From contig NZ_CP010341.1 of the NCBI RefSeq assembly GCF_000940845.1, positions 420,001-452,000 of the forward strand: a DNA stretch of 32,000 nt, in the 5' to 3' direction. Under the pieces are notes generated by a model. The model was not told the origin of the DNA. It saw only the letters and a program-made list of their open reading frames with translations, and made no database searches. This DNA comes from Propionibacterium freudenreichii subsp. freudenreichii. Lineage in GTDB: Bacteria > Actinomycetota > Actinomycetes > Propionibacteriales > Propionibacteriaceae. Every line of letters begins with the position of its first letter. Within the stretch, counting starts at the first letter, position 1. Position numbers and translations under genes: made by a program. Positions 1 through 8,470 of this stretch are shown piece after piece.

Positions 1-1600
1 ATCTGACCGTCATTCCTATATACTCAGATCGCGTGCCGTCAATGAATCCCAATAACAAGCGTGCCTGGATCTCCATCGTCCTTCGCCAGGTGGCCGGGTA
101 GCCGAACGTTGGATGCTTGATGTCGGTTGTCACCCGGCGTTCGTATGCCGAGGTGAGTGCGGCGATCCCTGCCCGGGTGAGGCGGACGTCCCCCAGAGTG
201 TGGGAGAACATATCCGCGGTGAGCGTCTGGTTATTGATGCAGGTGATCACCGCGGAATCCGCCACAGGTGCGCGGAACTCCTCCATGAGGTCCAAGGCCA
301 ATGCAGGCTTGTTCCGGCTGGGCGAGTGCAGAAACCCGCCATGCGGGTCCAAACCACATGCAGCGATCGCACGAACACAGTCTGCGAGCAGCATTCCATA
401 GGCGTAATTCAGCGCAGCATTGAGCGGGTCGATCGCGCCCCGACCATGCCGGCCGGGCCATTCGTCGAGGAAGTCCTGCGCCGAGTCCGACTTGAGTATC
501 AACGGGAACTCAGAAAAGTACGCCTTCGCCGCCCGTCCTTCGACGGCGAAGAGTTCAGGCAGGCTCTCGACCCTCATGGCTACCCGACTGAGCTCGCGGA
601 TCTCCTGGGGAGCGGTGGCTGCCGCGGCGTTCCTGCGCAGGAGGGTCGCTTGGTTGATCAACTTCGCGCGCACAATGGCCCGCGCGACCGGCAGACAGCC
701 CACCTCCGAGAGGGCCTGCTGATGCATCCGCGCCTGCCCATTGGGGGCCGCAGCTCCGGTGGCCCAGCCCACCACGCGGCCGCGCCCGCTGCACCAGACG
801 ATCGTCAATCGACGCCACAGAATCTCCCGAATGAGCGCGCCAGAAACATCCACATTGCCGTGGAGCACAAGCCCCTGCACACGTTCGAGTGGAACGGCGG
901 CGAGTTGCTCACCCTGGCGTGTGATGCGTATCTGCCGGTCGCGCATCGATAGCCTCGCGCCGGGTGTGACGGCGTGCAGAATCTCCCCGTGGGGATCGGC
1001 CACCGAGATGCGGCGCTTGAGCTCCCCTCCGTTGTGGACCTGCTCGTCAGGCAAGCAAATCGTGGCGTGTGAGCACCCATTGCAGCGGCTGTCGTCGAGC
1101 AGCGGCGGGGGCGCAGAGTCTGCCTCCACCACCTTGCGTGTTTCTGTCACCCAATCGCGGCACGCCTCGCGGGCCTCAGCACCCAGGGGAACCGGAACAT
1201 CCTTGTGATGATTCACAAAGTGCACCACCCCGCTCGTGACGTGATGACCCATCTCCTCCAGGCACATGGACTGCAACCCGACCTGCACGGCCTGGGCAGG
1301 GGTGATCTCTGCTTTCCTGCGCACCGGGGTGGACTTGTATTCGACCACCGACAGGCCATCGGACGAGACTTCCACCACGTCACAGCGGCCCGTGATGCCC
1401 AGCGATTCACTGTGCACCGACACTGCGCGCCGCACCTCGGGCCGTGACTCAGCAGGCTGGTCCACGCGCCGGTGTGCGAGCGTGCCGGCCGTCATTGCAT
1501 AGCTATCGGCCTGCTCGCCCTGGGCCTCCAACCAAGCCCGCCGCGGACAGAACACGGTGTGGGCCACCAGGCTGATCGGCAGCTTGTCATCACCAGACAT
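1..1600 (-). CDS. cas4/cas1: Cas4-Cas1 fusion protein (type I-G/I-U adaptation module); 3' end runs off the window
   Basis: Absent from the ORF track because it has no in-window stop. Manual reverse-complement translation from ATG at 1600 gives 533 uninterrupted codons down to position 2 (MSGDDKLPISLVAHTVFCPRRAWLE...RLLLGFIDGTRSEYIGMTVR). Cas4 signatures: N-terminal Cys (FCPRR), nuclease motif CDVVEVSSDGLSVVEYK, and C-terminal Cys cluster CNGCSHATIC. Cas1 signatures: EGRAAKAYF, NAALNYAYGML, GFLHSPSRNKPALALDLMEEFR. The start overlaps the upstream stop by 11 nt (ATGTCTGGTGA). No other minus-strand ORF is listed in this frame. Confidence 0.9.
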   Translation of the reverse strand, partial: MSGDDKLPISLVAHTVFCPRRAWLEAQGEQADSYAMTAGTLAHRRVDQPAESRPEVRRAVSVHSESLGITGRCDVVEVSSDGLSVVEYKSTPVRRKAEITPAQAVQVGLQSMCLEEMGHHVTSGVVHFVNHHKDVPVPLGAEAREACRDWVTETRKVVEADSAPPPLLDDSRCNGCSHATICLPDEQVHNGGELKRRISVADPHGEILHAVTPGARLSMRDRQIRITRQGEQLAAVPLERVQGLVLHGNVDVSGALIREILWRRLTIVWCSGRGRVVGWATGAAAPNGQARMHQQALSEVGCLPVARAIVRAKLINQATLLRRNAAAATAPQEIRELSRVAMRVESLPELFAVEGRAAKAYFSEFPLILKSDSAQDFLDEWPGRHGRGAIDPLNAALNYAYGMLLADCVRAIAACGLDPHGGFLHSPSRNKPALALDLMEEFRAPVADSAVITCINNQTLTADMFSHTLGDVRLTRAGIAALTSAYERRVTTDIKHPTFGYPATWRRTMEIQARLLLGFIDGTRSEYIGMTVR

Positions 1601-2591
1601 CAGCGTCCTCCTGAAAGGGATGCAGGGTGCCCCGGAGCAGCGTGCGTTCGGGGGCGCTGTCGTTGTCGGACTTGTCCAGTGGAAAGCTGCACGCGCCGAT
1701 CACCCCGCGTCTCACCAAGAGCTGTCTGGCGTCCACGGACCGGACGGGATCATCCGAGAAGGCTGACAACAGCTCCCGACTACGTGCCAGGGCCGTCCAC
1801 AGCACCGGCGAGATCGGATCGGCAACCACCGGGACCACCAGCAGCCGCGGATACGATCGCGCGGGCGGCACCGCACCCGCCGTGGCACTCACCCCGATGC
1901 TCTTGGGCACCAGCGTGAACGCGCTGATACCCCATAAGGAGCACCAGGCCAACGCATTGTCCGTGGGTCCCGGTGAGCTGAGCCCGGTAGGGGTTCGCGA
2001 ATCGGGTTTGTTCTTGCCCACCACATCGTTCACCGCGCGGCCCCCAAGCCCATCGAGCACCTTGCCCGCCGTCCAGGTGGACACCTCGCGGGCCAGGGGC
2101 GCCAACCGCTGTCCGATGAACTCTTCACCGCGGTTGCGGGTCTTCATCTCCCAGCGCGACGCAGCATGGTCGGGCCGCGGCTGACCGTCTTGGCGCACCC
2201 AATATCCCGGCTCGCCGAGATTGACAATCATCCGCTGATCCAGCCGCGTGAGCCCGGCGTCCAGGAAGTGTTCCCGCAGTTCCTCGAGCTCGAACCACCC
2301 TTCGTCGTCGGTGGGGGGCTTGAGTCGGGGACTGAACAACGCATGGCCGTCTTCGGGCGCCGGACGTCGGGCCTGCAGCCAGCACGCTGGGTCGGCATGG
2401 CGTCGGGCGTGTGCCAGCACGGCCTCACCAGCATCAGGGCCCTCCCACTGCAGTGTTGGGCGAGCCACTGCCCCGTCCTGCCACCACAGTCGTACCCGGT
2501 GGGCACCCGCCTCCTGGAGGATGTTCGCGAGACCGACGAGCGCGAAGTGGGTGATCGCCGTGTCCAATGTGCCGGTGATTTCGAATTTCAT
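1590..2591 (-). CDS. Short Cas8u-like protein (Csb3/Cas8u2-like putative large subunit), 333 aa
   Basis: Runs from ATG 2591 to TGA 1590, with GGAGGG 5 nt upstream and an ATGA overlap with the cas3 stop. The 425-aa track version is an upstream extension lying inside cas3. The N-terminus MKFEITGTLDTAITHFALVGLANILQEAG resembles the N-terminal motif of Cas8u/Csx17-type proteins. It sits between cas3 and cas4-cas1. The family call is from memory and context only. Confidence 0.6.
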   Translation of the reverse strand: MKFEITGTLDTAITHFALVGLANILQEAGAHRVRLWWQDGAVARPTLQWEGPDAGEAVLAHARRHADPACWLQARRPAPEDGHALFSPRLKPPTDDEGWFELEELREHFLDAGLTRLDQRMIVNLGEPGYWVRQDGQPRPDHAASRWEMKTRNRGEEFIGQRLAPLAREVSTWTAGKVLDGLGGRAVNDVVGKNKPDSRTPTGLSSPGPTDNALAWCSLWGISAFTLVPKSIGVSATAGAVPPARSYPRLLVVPVVADPISPVLWTALARSRELLSAFSDDPVRSVDARQLLVRRGVIGACSFPLDKSDNDSAPERTLLRGTLHPFQEDADVW

Positions 2592-5203
2592 GATCCCTCC
2601 TTGGAGACCTGGCAGTCGGCGGCGCGCAGGAGCGCCTCCAGATAGGCGCAACCCCACACGCCATAGGTAGTGCTCGTGGCGGCCATAAGCTCCGGCCACT
2701 CGCCGGACCCGAACAGGGCCGCGACGCGCTCGTTCACTTCGGCCGGATCGCTGGGGGTGGCAAGGCTCGCCGCATCGGGTTGCGGCAGGATCCTTCCCCG
2801 GCCATGGCTCGTGCCGATCAGCCGTGCCACCAAGGGGCCATGGGGCGCCAGCGAGACCTCTGCCCACGAGACCGCCACGGACCTCAGCTCATGGCGCCAA
2901 CCCCGGGGCAGCTCCCCCCCCGCGAATTGGCGGCGCACGACCGCTTGACTGCTTCGATGCTCGCTCTTGGCCAGCACCAGGGACGAATAGTTGCTCAGCC
3001 GTAAGTGTTGGAAGCGTGGATCGGCCTTGCCGTCGTCATGGTGCGCGCCCGCCAGCTCGAGTGCCGCCGTCAACTCCGGATCGAGCGCGACGCGCTCACC
3101 CAATCGGCGAGCCCGTCCGGCCACATTGGACTGGTGAGCGGTGAGGAGCACCGGCTGATCGGAAGCCGACCATTCCTGGCGAAGTTCCTCGTCCTCCTCG
3201 GCGGTCTTCTGCGAAGTCACGACGATCCAGGGGAGTTCACCGAGCGCGTTCGGGGGTCCCAGGGTGAGGAGGCCCTCGCCGCCGAGATCGCTGTATTCGG
3301 TCTGAGCGTCCTCCGCGGTCAGGTCCGCAAGCGCCGAAAGCCACTGCGAATCGGCCGAATCCTTCTGGATGACGGCCACGTCCGGGGTTCCCCACCGCGT
3401 CTCGAGGCTCTCGGCCCGATTCGCATCGCTGACCACCACGCCGTGACGCGTCAGGGCATGTCCTGCGTCCACGATCACCACGTCGCCCGGACGGATGGCC
3501 GAGGCATCGTCGGCACCCAACGGCGTGATCTCGTCGGCACGCGACAGGAAGGCGCGTGCGTGATCACCCCGGCCCTCGAGGATGCGGTCCACCACTGCCC
3601 TTGCGACAGCGATGCCCGCCGGGAAGACCTCTGCCTGGTCCACAGGGGTGGCCGCCAGCAGGGGAATGACCTCCGCGTCCTCATCAGGGAGCGGCTGGCG
3701 CACGACGATGCCCACCTGCGCATCGTCGGGTTCCAACGAATCGCGCACCCACAGCTCCAGGTCCTCATCGGCCCACATGAGGTCGGCGGTGGCGTCCCAG
3801 CGCATCACGTCGCCCACATGGGGAAGCTTGACGATCGCGCGTTCCGGGGTGCGCGCCTTCGGCGGGTGATCTGCCACGGCCTGCGGACTTGCGCCCTCGG
3901 TGTCAGGCAGGCCGCCGAGCCACTGCAGAGCATCGGCAAGGTCGTCGAGCGAATACGGCAATTGCTCGGCGAGCTTGTCCTGCGGCGGGGCGACCACCGT
4001 CAGGGGGCCGCTGTCCCGGAGCCCGCGGCGGTTGACACGTCCGAAGCGCTGGGTGAGGCTGTCGGCGGGCGCGAGCTCGGTGACCAGACCGCTGAGGTCT
4101 AGGTCGACCCCCACCTCGACGGTCTGGGTGGCCACCAGGAACCTCGGCATTGCCTGCCGAGGAGCGGTGTCGAGGCCCAACAGCGCTGGGTAACTGCGCT
4201 TGAGCTGCGCCAGGTCCAGGGGGCGCGTGGGGCCGACCCAGCACGGGCAGTCGTCGCCAAGGCGCTCAGCCACGCGCAGCGCAGTATCCACCCGGTTGAC
4301 GATGCATCCGATCGTGCCATCGTCGGCGGTTCGTGCCATGTCCTGTACCTGGTCGACCAGGGTTGAAATGTACTGGTCAGTGGCCTTCTTGCCACTCCAG
4401 GCCGCCGATTCCACGACGGTGACCGGCTTGGGCAGGGTGAGGCGCGGACGAAGGGTCGGATCGGCGAGGTCGTCCGGCCCGATACCGATACCATCAGGCG
4501 ATGCGGAACGCGTGGTGGCGGACGATTCCACCACCTGCAGCCCCGGCACCCCCAGCCGCTCGGCGACATCGGCGTTGTGCTGGCTGACCCAGCGTGCGGT
4601 TCCCACCAGCTGGCGGCTCAGGTGGGCCTCGTCGATCACCACCGCATTGTCGAGGCCCAGCAAGCCACCTTCCCGGGGACGAGCCGCCATGGATGAGCCG
4701 TACCCCCGCAGGAGCAGACGGCTTCCCCACATGTCGGGCGTTGCGCTGATCACCGCGCAGGCCGACGGATCGTCGATCCACGTGGACCGCAGCGAGATGC
4801 CGCCACGCAGGTGCCCGATCACCAGGGGCGGGGTGTCATCGGCGGCGCTGAGGCGCTGGAGGAGCGCACTCATCTCGCGAGCCAGGGGGGAGTCGCCCTC
4901 GTCGAGCCAGTCGGCGACCCGCTGCGCGCGGTCGGCCTGTGAGTCGACCAGTGCGCGCCTGGCGACCACGGTGGACAACCGGCGGGGCACGCGGGGCCCG
5001 GAGCCGGCGCTGTACAGGGCGTTCAGGAAGACATGCACTTCCACGACCGCGCTCTTGCCACTTCCGGTGGGGGCCGTGATGGCGCTGGGCCACCGCGCGG
5101 ATCCAGCGATACCCGTCAGCAGCGCCGTCTGCCACGGGAAGGGGTCGTGGCCCGCATTGACGGCACGGAAGAACGTTGCGAAATCATCAAGCGTGATGGT
5201 CAT
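2588..5203 (-). CDS. cas3: Cas3 helicase with C-terminal HD nuclease domain (type I-G/I-U architecture), 871 aa
   Basis: Helicase motifs: APTGSGKS (Walker A), VVIDEAHL (DEAH), SSAT, QRFGRVNRRG. C-terminal HD-type region: LELAGAHHDDGKADPRF followed by TSHGRGR. GGAGG lies upstream of ATG 5203, and the start forms an ATGA overlap with the csb2 stop. Confidence 0.9.
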   Translation of the reverse strand: MTITLDDFATFFRAVNAGHDPFPWQTALLTGIAGSARWPSAITAPTGSGKSAVVEVHVFLNALYSAGSGPRVPRRLSTVVARRALVDSQADRAQRVADWLDEGDSPLAREMSALLQRLSAADDTPPLVIGHLRGGISLRSTWIDDPSACAVISATPDMWGSRLLLRGYGSSMAARPREGGLLGLDNAVVIDEAHLSRQLVGTARWVSQHNADVAERLGVPGLQVVESSATTRSASPDGIGIGPDDLADPTLRPRLTLPKPVTVVESAAWSGKKATDQYISTLVDQVQDMARTADDGTIGCIVNRVDTALRVAERLGDDCPCWVGPTRPLDLAQLKRSYPALLGLDTAPRQAMPRFLVATQTVEVGVDLDLSGLVTELAPADSLTQRFGRVNRRGLRDSGPLTVVAPPQDKLAEQLPYSLDDLADALQWLGGLPDTEGASPQAVADHPPKARTPERAIVKLPHVGDVMRWDATADLMWADEDLELWVRDSLEPDDAQVGIVVRQPLPDEDAEVIPLLAATPVDQAEVFPAGIAVARAVVDRILEGRGDHARAFLSRADEITPLGADDASAIRPGDVVIVDAGHALTRHGVVVSDANRAESLETRWGTPDVAVIQKDSADSQWLSALADLTAEDAQTEYSDLGGEGLLTLGPPNALGELPWIVVTSQKTAEEDEELRQEWSASDQPVLLTAHQSNVAGRARRLGERVALDPELTAALELAGAHHDDGKADPRFQHLRLSNYSSLVLAKSEHRSSQAVVRRQFAGGELPRGWRHELRSVAVSWAEVSLAPHGPLVARLIGTSHGRGRILPQPDAASLATPSDPAEVNERVAALFGSGEWPELMAATSTTYGVWGCAYLEALLRAADCQVSKEGS

Positions 5204-6741
5204 GAAACCTCCGGTGAATCCATGGGGACGAGCAGGCCACCACCAAGGTGACGTGCCTGTCCCAGAGCGAGAAGGGCACGATCGTTGACCAGGTCGGCGA
5301 GGTCGAGCTGCGCCGAATAGGGCTGGACGACACCGATTGAGCGCGGCACCTTGTGCACATAGCGGGAGACCTCAGAATCGGGAATCAGATGGGTTCCCAG
5401 GATCTGGACGCCGCGGTCAGTCACGACCGAGACGGTCTCCCAGTAGGTGTTCGCCCTGGTGAGGGCCAGTTCCTCGCGGAACACATGGCCGACGGAAAGC
5501 AGCGCCGACTGGGGGAATCCCCAGGCGCCCAGCAGCTCGTGACGGGGTTGGCGCCGGGTCTCCGGAACCATCCCGTCCAGGGTGCGCCATTGACGACGCC
5601 ACCCGGGTTGGGGCGTGGGCCAGAACTGCGACGCGTCGATCCGCAGCGGGGTGCCGAGGGTGACGCGGCCGGCGCTTGACCACAGGCCCAATCGGGGGCT
5701 GTTGAGTGCCCGGACGATCTCACCGCGGTCCTCGGCGGCGATCGAGGCCGGCAGCAACAATGCGATAGCGCCGTGGGGAAAGTCTCCGGATTCTGCACGA
5801 TGCGACAACAGCGTCGGCGGCAGGTACTGGACGGCCACGCGATTCGCGGGCTGCGACGCGCCCCTGGCGTAATGGCCGGTGACGATGGCCGGTGCGCCGT
5901 CGCCGAGCCGGGAAATCAGCATCCGGTGCATGGCGACGCACCACGTGAGGCCGTCCTCAAGGGCGATGTGCGCCGACAACGGTAACAACATGGCAAGGGG
6001 CCACGGGGAATCAGCCGGAGGAGGGGTTGGCGACTTGTAGCGCAGCACACGCAGCCCCTCGGTCGGCACGCGGGACCCGCGTGGCATCTCGGAGAAGCTC
6101 GGAGAATCCTGGGCGGCACTCGGCATCTTCGGCGGGAAGGCCTCATGATGTGCCCGGATGAGCTCGTCGAGCCGGCCCGGGCCGGGGGTGCGGACCGCCA
6201 GTCCGATGGGGCGGAGCTGCTGGGTGGAGGCCACCAACTCGTGGGTGGGCACGAACTGATCCAGCGTGAGGATCACTGGGCTGTCATCCTCGCCGAGGCA
6301 GGAGACGTCGGCGCACAGCCGTCCCACGGTCTCCTGCACCTCGGAGGGTGCATCGGCCCAGAACCATCCGACGCAATCGTCGATGGCGGTTCCGGTGCTG
6401 ATCTGGCGGGCGCCGATTCGCATTGCGGGTGACTTCTTGGGGCCCTGTACCGTGCCGGTCTTTCGATACGCATCCGGACGCCGGTCTGGTGACACGGGAA
6501 CGTGGTTGGGGATGCGGATCATCGTCGGCGGGTGTTTCTCCAGCCAGCTCAACGCGGCGGTCGATTCCGATGACGGCTCGAGGCGACCCTTGACCGCGAT
6601 GGCCTCGGATCCCTGCCCGGCAGCATTGACCAGGGCGGAGAAGAGCCTGGCGGTGTCGGGTAGCCGGTCGGGCGACCCGTCGGCGCGGTGGCCCTGGAAC
6701 ACCCCCAGCGGAAATACCGCTCGGATAGTGAGTGGCGACAT
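5200..6741 (-). CDS. csb2: Csb2-type Cas5/Cas6-like RAMP protein (Cas5u), 513 aa
   Basis: The real start is taken as ATG 6741 (MSPLTIRAVFPLGVFQGHRADGSPDRLPDTARLFSALVNAAG), 1 nt after the csb1 stop and with GAGGA upstream. The 703-aa track ORF is a 5' extension into csb1. The N-terminal pattern with the ARLFSALV motif matches my memory of the Csb2/GSU0054 family. Confidence 0.75.
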   Translation of the reverse strand: MSPLTIRAVFPLGVFQGHRADGSPDRLPDTARLFSALVNAAGQGSEAIAVKGRLEPSSESTAALSWLEKHPPTMIRIPNHVPVSPDRRPDAYRKTGTVQGPKKSPAMRIGARQISTGTAIDDCVGWFWADAPSEVQETVGRLCADVSCLGEDDSPVILTLDQFVPTHELVASTQQLRPIGLAVRTPGPGRLDELIRAHHEAFPPKMPSAAQDSPSFSEMPRGSRVPTEGLRVLRYKSPTPPPADSPWPLAMLLPLSAHIALEDGLTWCVAMHRMLISRLGDGAPAIVTGHYARGASQPANRVAVQYLPPTLLSHRAESGDFPHGAIALLLPASIAAEDRGEIVRALNSPRLGLWSSAGRVTLGTPLRIDASQFWPTPQPGWRRQWRTLDGMVPETRRQPRHELLGAWGFPQSALLSVGHVFREELALTRANTYWETVSVVTDRGVQILGTHLIPDSEVSRYVHKVPRSIGVVQPYSAQLDLADLVNDRALLALGQARHLGGGLLVPMDSPEVS

Positions 6742-6742
6742 G

Positions 6743-7942
6743 TCAGTCCTCATCCGCATCGGCCGTGGCACCGGCAAGGATGATCGGGTTGCCGGTGACC
6801 TCGAGCACCTGCCCGTCCCAGCGGATCCCGGCCGTGGCGACGGCGCGTTCGATGGCAGTGGCCAGGATGGGCCCGGTGACCTCGGGCACCAGTGGCTCGA
6901 GTTCCGTGTGGGTGCCACGTCGGCCATCGAGCGTGACCACCGGGTCGCCGGCTTCCACCAGATCGCAATTGGCGCGCAGTTCGAGCTCCTGGTCAGACAG
7001 GGCGAGGCCATGCAGCGACAGGGCCGCCAGGAGTGCGCGGCAGGCGACATTGCCCGCATTGTCGGCGCCGAAACGCAGCTGGCGCAGGGCGCTGAACGAC
7101 AACACATGGGAGCGGATGATGCGCCTGCACGAGACGAAGCCGAGGCCATCGAGGCTCGGGGGGATCGCTCCGAGCCCGAGGACCGAAGCCGACGTCGGCT
7201 TGTTCTTGGCCTTCTTGGCGTCCTTCGTGATCTTGTCCACGGTGGTCGGCGACATCTCGTCTTCCTGCGTGGCGAGCAGGGTGAGCATGTCCTTCTCGTT
7301 GAGCTGCACACTCGGGGCGATGTCGTCCTTGCGGGCAGAGCCGCGCCGCGGAGGCTTTCGCCCGGCCTCGGTCTGGTCAGCCAGCTGGCCGATGATCTCG
7401 CCGACCAGGCATGAGCGGAAGCGGGCCTGATGCGCCTTGCGGGTCGAATCCCACGCGCCGAATGCCAAGCTCACGGGGCTCAACTCGAGCAGTGCGCGCG
7501 CGTTGGCCGGGGAGGCATTGCGGGCGGCCACATATGCCGGGTACTTGGTGGTCACCTCGCCGTCGATTGTGCCGAAGCGGATGTGGCCGTCGCTGAAGCG
7601 GTGGGGCAACTGGTAATCGGTGGCGCTCAGGGTTTCGTAGTCAACCCGGATCGACGGCATCCGGGTCAGCGATGGGTCACCTTCCTCGATGGCCAGGGAG
7701 ATGGCATCCTCCACGCGGTTGAGCTGGCTCGCCTTGCTGTCGACGACGACCACGCTGCTGGGCTCGCCGCCGATGAAGCGGGTCTCGTAGGCATAGGTCC
7801 CGTCGCGTCCCTGCACATAGCGGGCGGGGGCGATGCCTGCCTGCGGTCCGGCTGCGGGGGCGAGTTCCGTCACCGACGACAGGACGCTGGCTCCGCCGGC
7901 GTGGCAGGCCGCTTCGAGGTCGGAGTAGGTGAGATCGGTCAT
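6743..7942 (-). CDS. csb1: Csb1-type Cas7 RAMP backbone protein (Cas7u), 399 aa
   Basis: Start ATG 7942 with AAGGAG 7 nt upstream (MTDLTYSDLEAACHAGGASVLSSVTELAPAAGPQAGIAPARYV...VVVDSKASQLNRVEDAI). This matches my memory of the Csb1/GSU0053 family. The 532-aa track ORF extends over the untranslated leader and the tRNA. Confidence 0.75.
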   Translation of the reverse strand: MTDLTYSDLEAACHAGGASVLSSVTELAPAAGPQAGIAPARYVQGRDGTYAYETRFIGGEPSSVVVVDSKASQLNRVEDAISLAIEEGDPSLTRMPSIRVDYETLSATDYQLPHRFSDGHIRFGTIDGEVTTKYPAYVAARNASPANARALLELSPVSLAFGAWDSTRKAHQARFRSCLVGEIIGQLADQTEAGRKPPRRGSARKDDIAPSVQLNEKDMLTLLATQEDEMSPTTVDKITKDAKKAKNKPTSASVLGLGAIPPSLDGLGFVSCRRIIRSHVLSFSALRQLRFGADNAGNVACRALLAALSLHGLALSDQELELRANCDLVEAGDPVVTLDGRRGTHTELEPLVPEVTGPILATAIERAVATAGIRWDGQVLEVTGNPIILAGATADADED

Positions 7943-8219
7943 TGTGTTCTCCTTGAGTGGTTGGGTGGGAGGCAGCGGTGCTTCTTGATCGTGAGTATGG
8001 CGGTGACCACTGACAGTTCTTGGCGGTTGCTGTGGTTGGGGTGGTCCTGACGGGTTCGACGGGCTGGTTCTGGATGACGGTTCCCCGTCAGCAGTCACCA
8101 TACACACATCATCCCCCCCTTCGTTCACATTCCTCTGTATTGACGTCAGTAGGGAACCGAGGGGTGTGAGGTGTCGCAGGTGATTGAGGGTCAGAGCTGA
8201 CGTCCACGTCCCCAGACGC

Positions 8220-8252
8220 AAAAAAGGGCCAGCCGGCACCAGCCAGCTGACC
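8220..8252 (-). terminator. Intrinsic terminator downstream of tRNA-Ser
   Basis: On the minus strand: GGTCAGCTGGC-TGGT-GCCGGCTGGCC, an 11-bp stem including two G-U pairs and a 4-nt loop, followed after one C by TTTTTT. It lies 33 nt after the tRNA 3' end. Confidence 0.8.
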
Positions 8253-8285
8253 CAACAGGCCCGCGACACGACGGTCGACGAGCGA

Positions 8286-8373
8286 TGGCGGAGGATACGA
8301 GATTCGAACTCGTGAGGGCGTGAACCCAACCCGCTTTCCAAGCGAGCGCCATAGGCCTCTAGGCGAATCCTCC
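8286..8373 (-). tRNA. tRNA-Ser (anticodon GGA), class II with long variable arm, CCA encoded
   Basis: Hand-folded cloverleaf. Acceptor GGAGGAT/ATCCTCC. 3-bp D stem GCC/GGC. Anticodon stem CTCGC/GCGGG with loop TTGGAAA (anticodon GGA). 16-nt variable arm with GGG/CCC stem. T arm ACGAG-TTCGAAT-CTCGT. Discriminator G, then CCA. Confidence 0.9.
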
Positions 8374-8470
8374 GCGGGCAAGGTTAACAGGTTCCCCGCG
8401 ACGCCCACCACCCGCGCCGTTCACCAGCGATGGACAGCCCAACCCCCGCCGCGTCCTGCACGATAAGTGG

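Noticed and set aside
113-1918. Plus-strand ORFs 113-952, 741-1208, 1205-1447 and 1472-1918
   Set aside because: They are antisense or off-frame to the uninterrupted minus-strand cas4-cas1 ORF (533 codons with clear Cas4 and Cas1 motifs). Their translations are low-complexity and Arg/Pro-rich.
3005-7430. Plus-strand ORFs inside the cas3/csb2/csb1 region (3005-4102, 4200-5288, 6266-7414, 6732-7430)
   Set aside because: They are antisense to cas genes with recognisable motifs. They have no RBS and no motif support, and their composition is typical of shadow ORFs.
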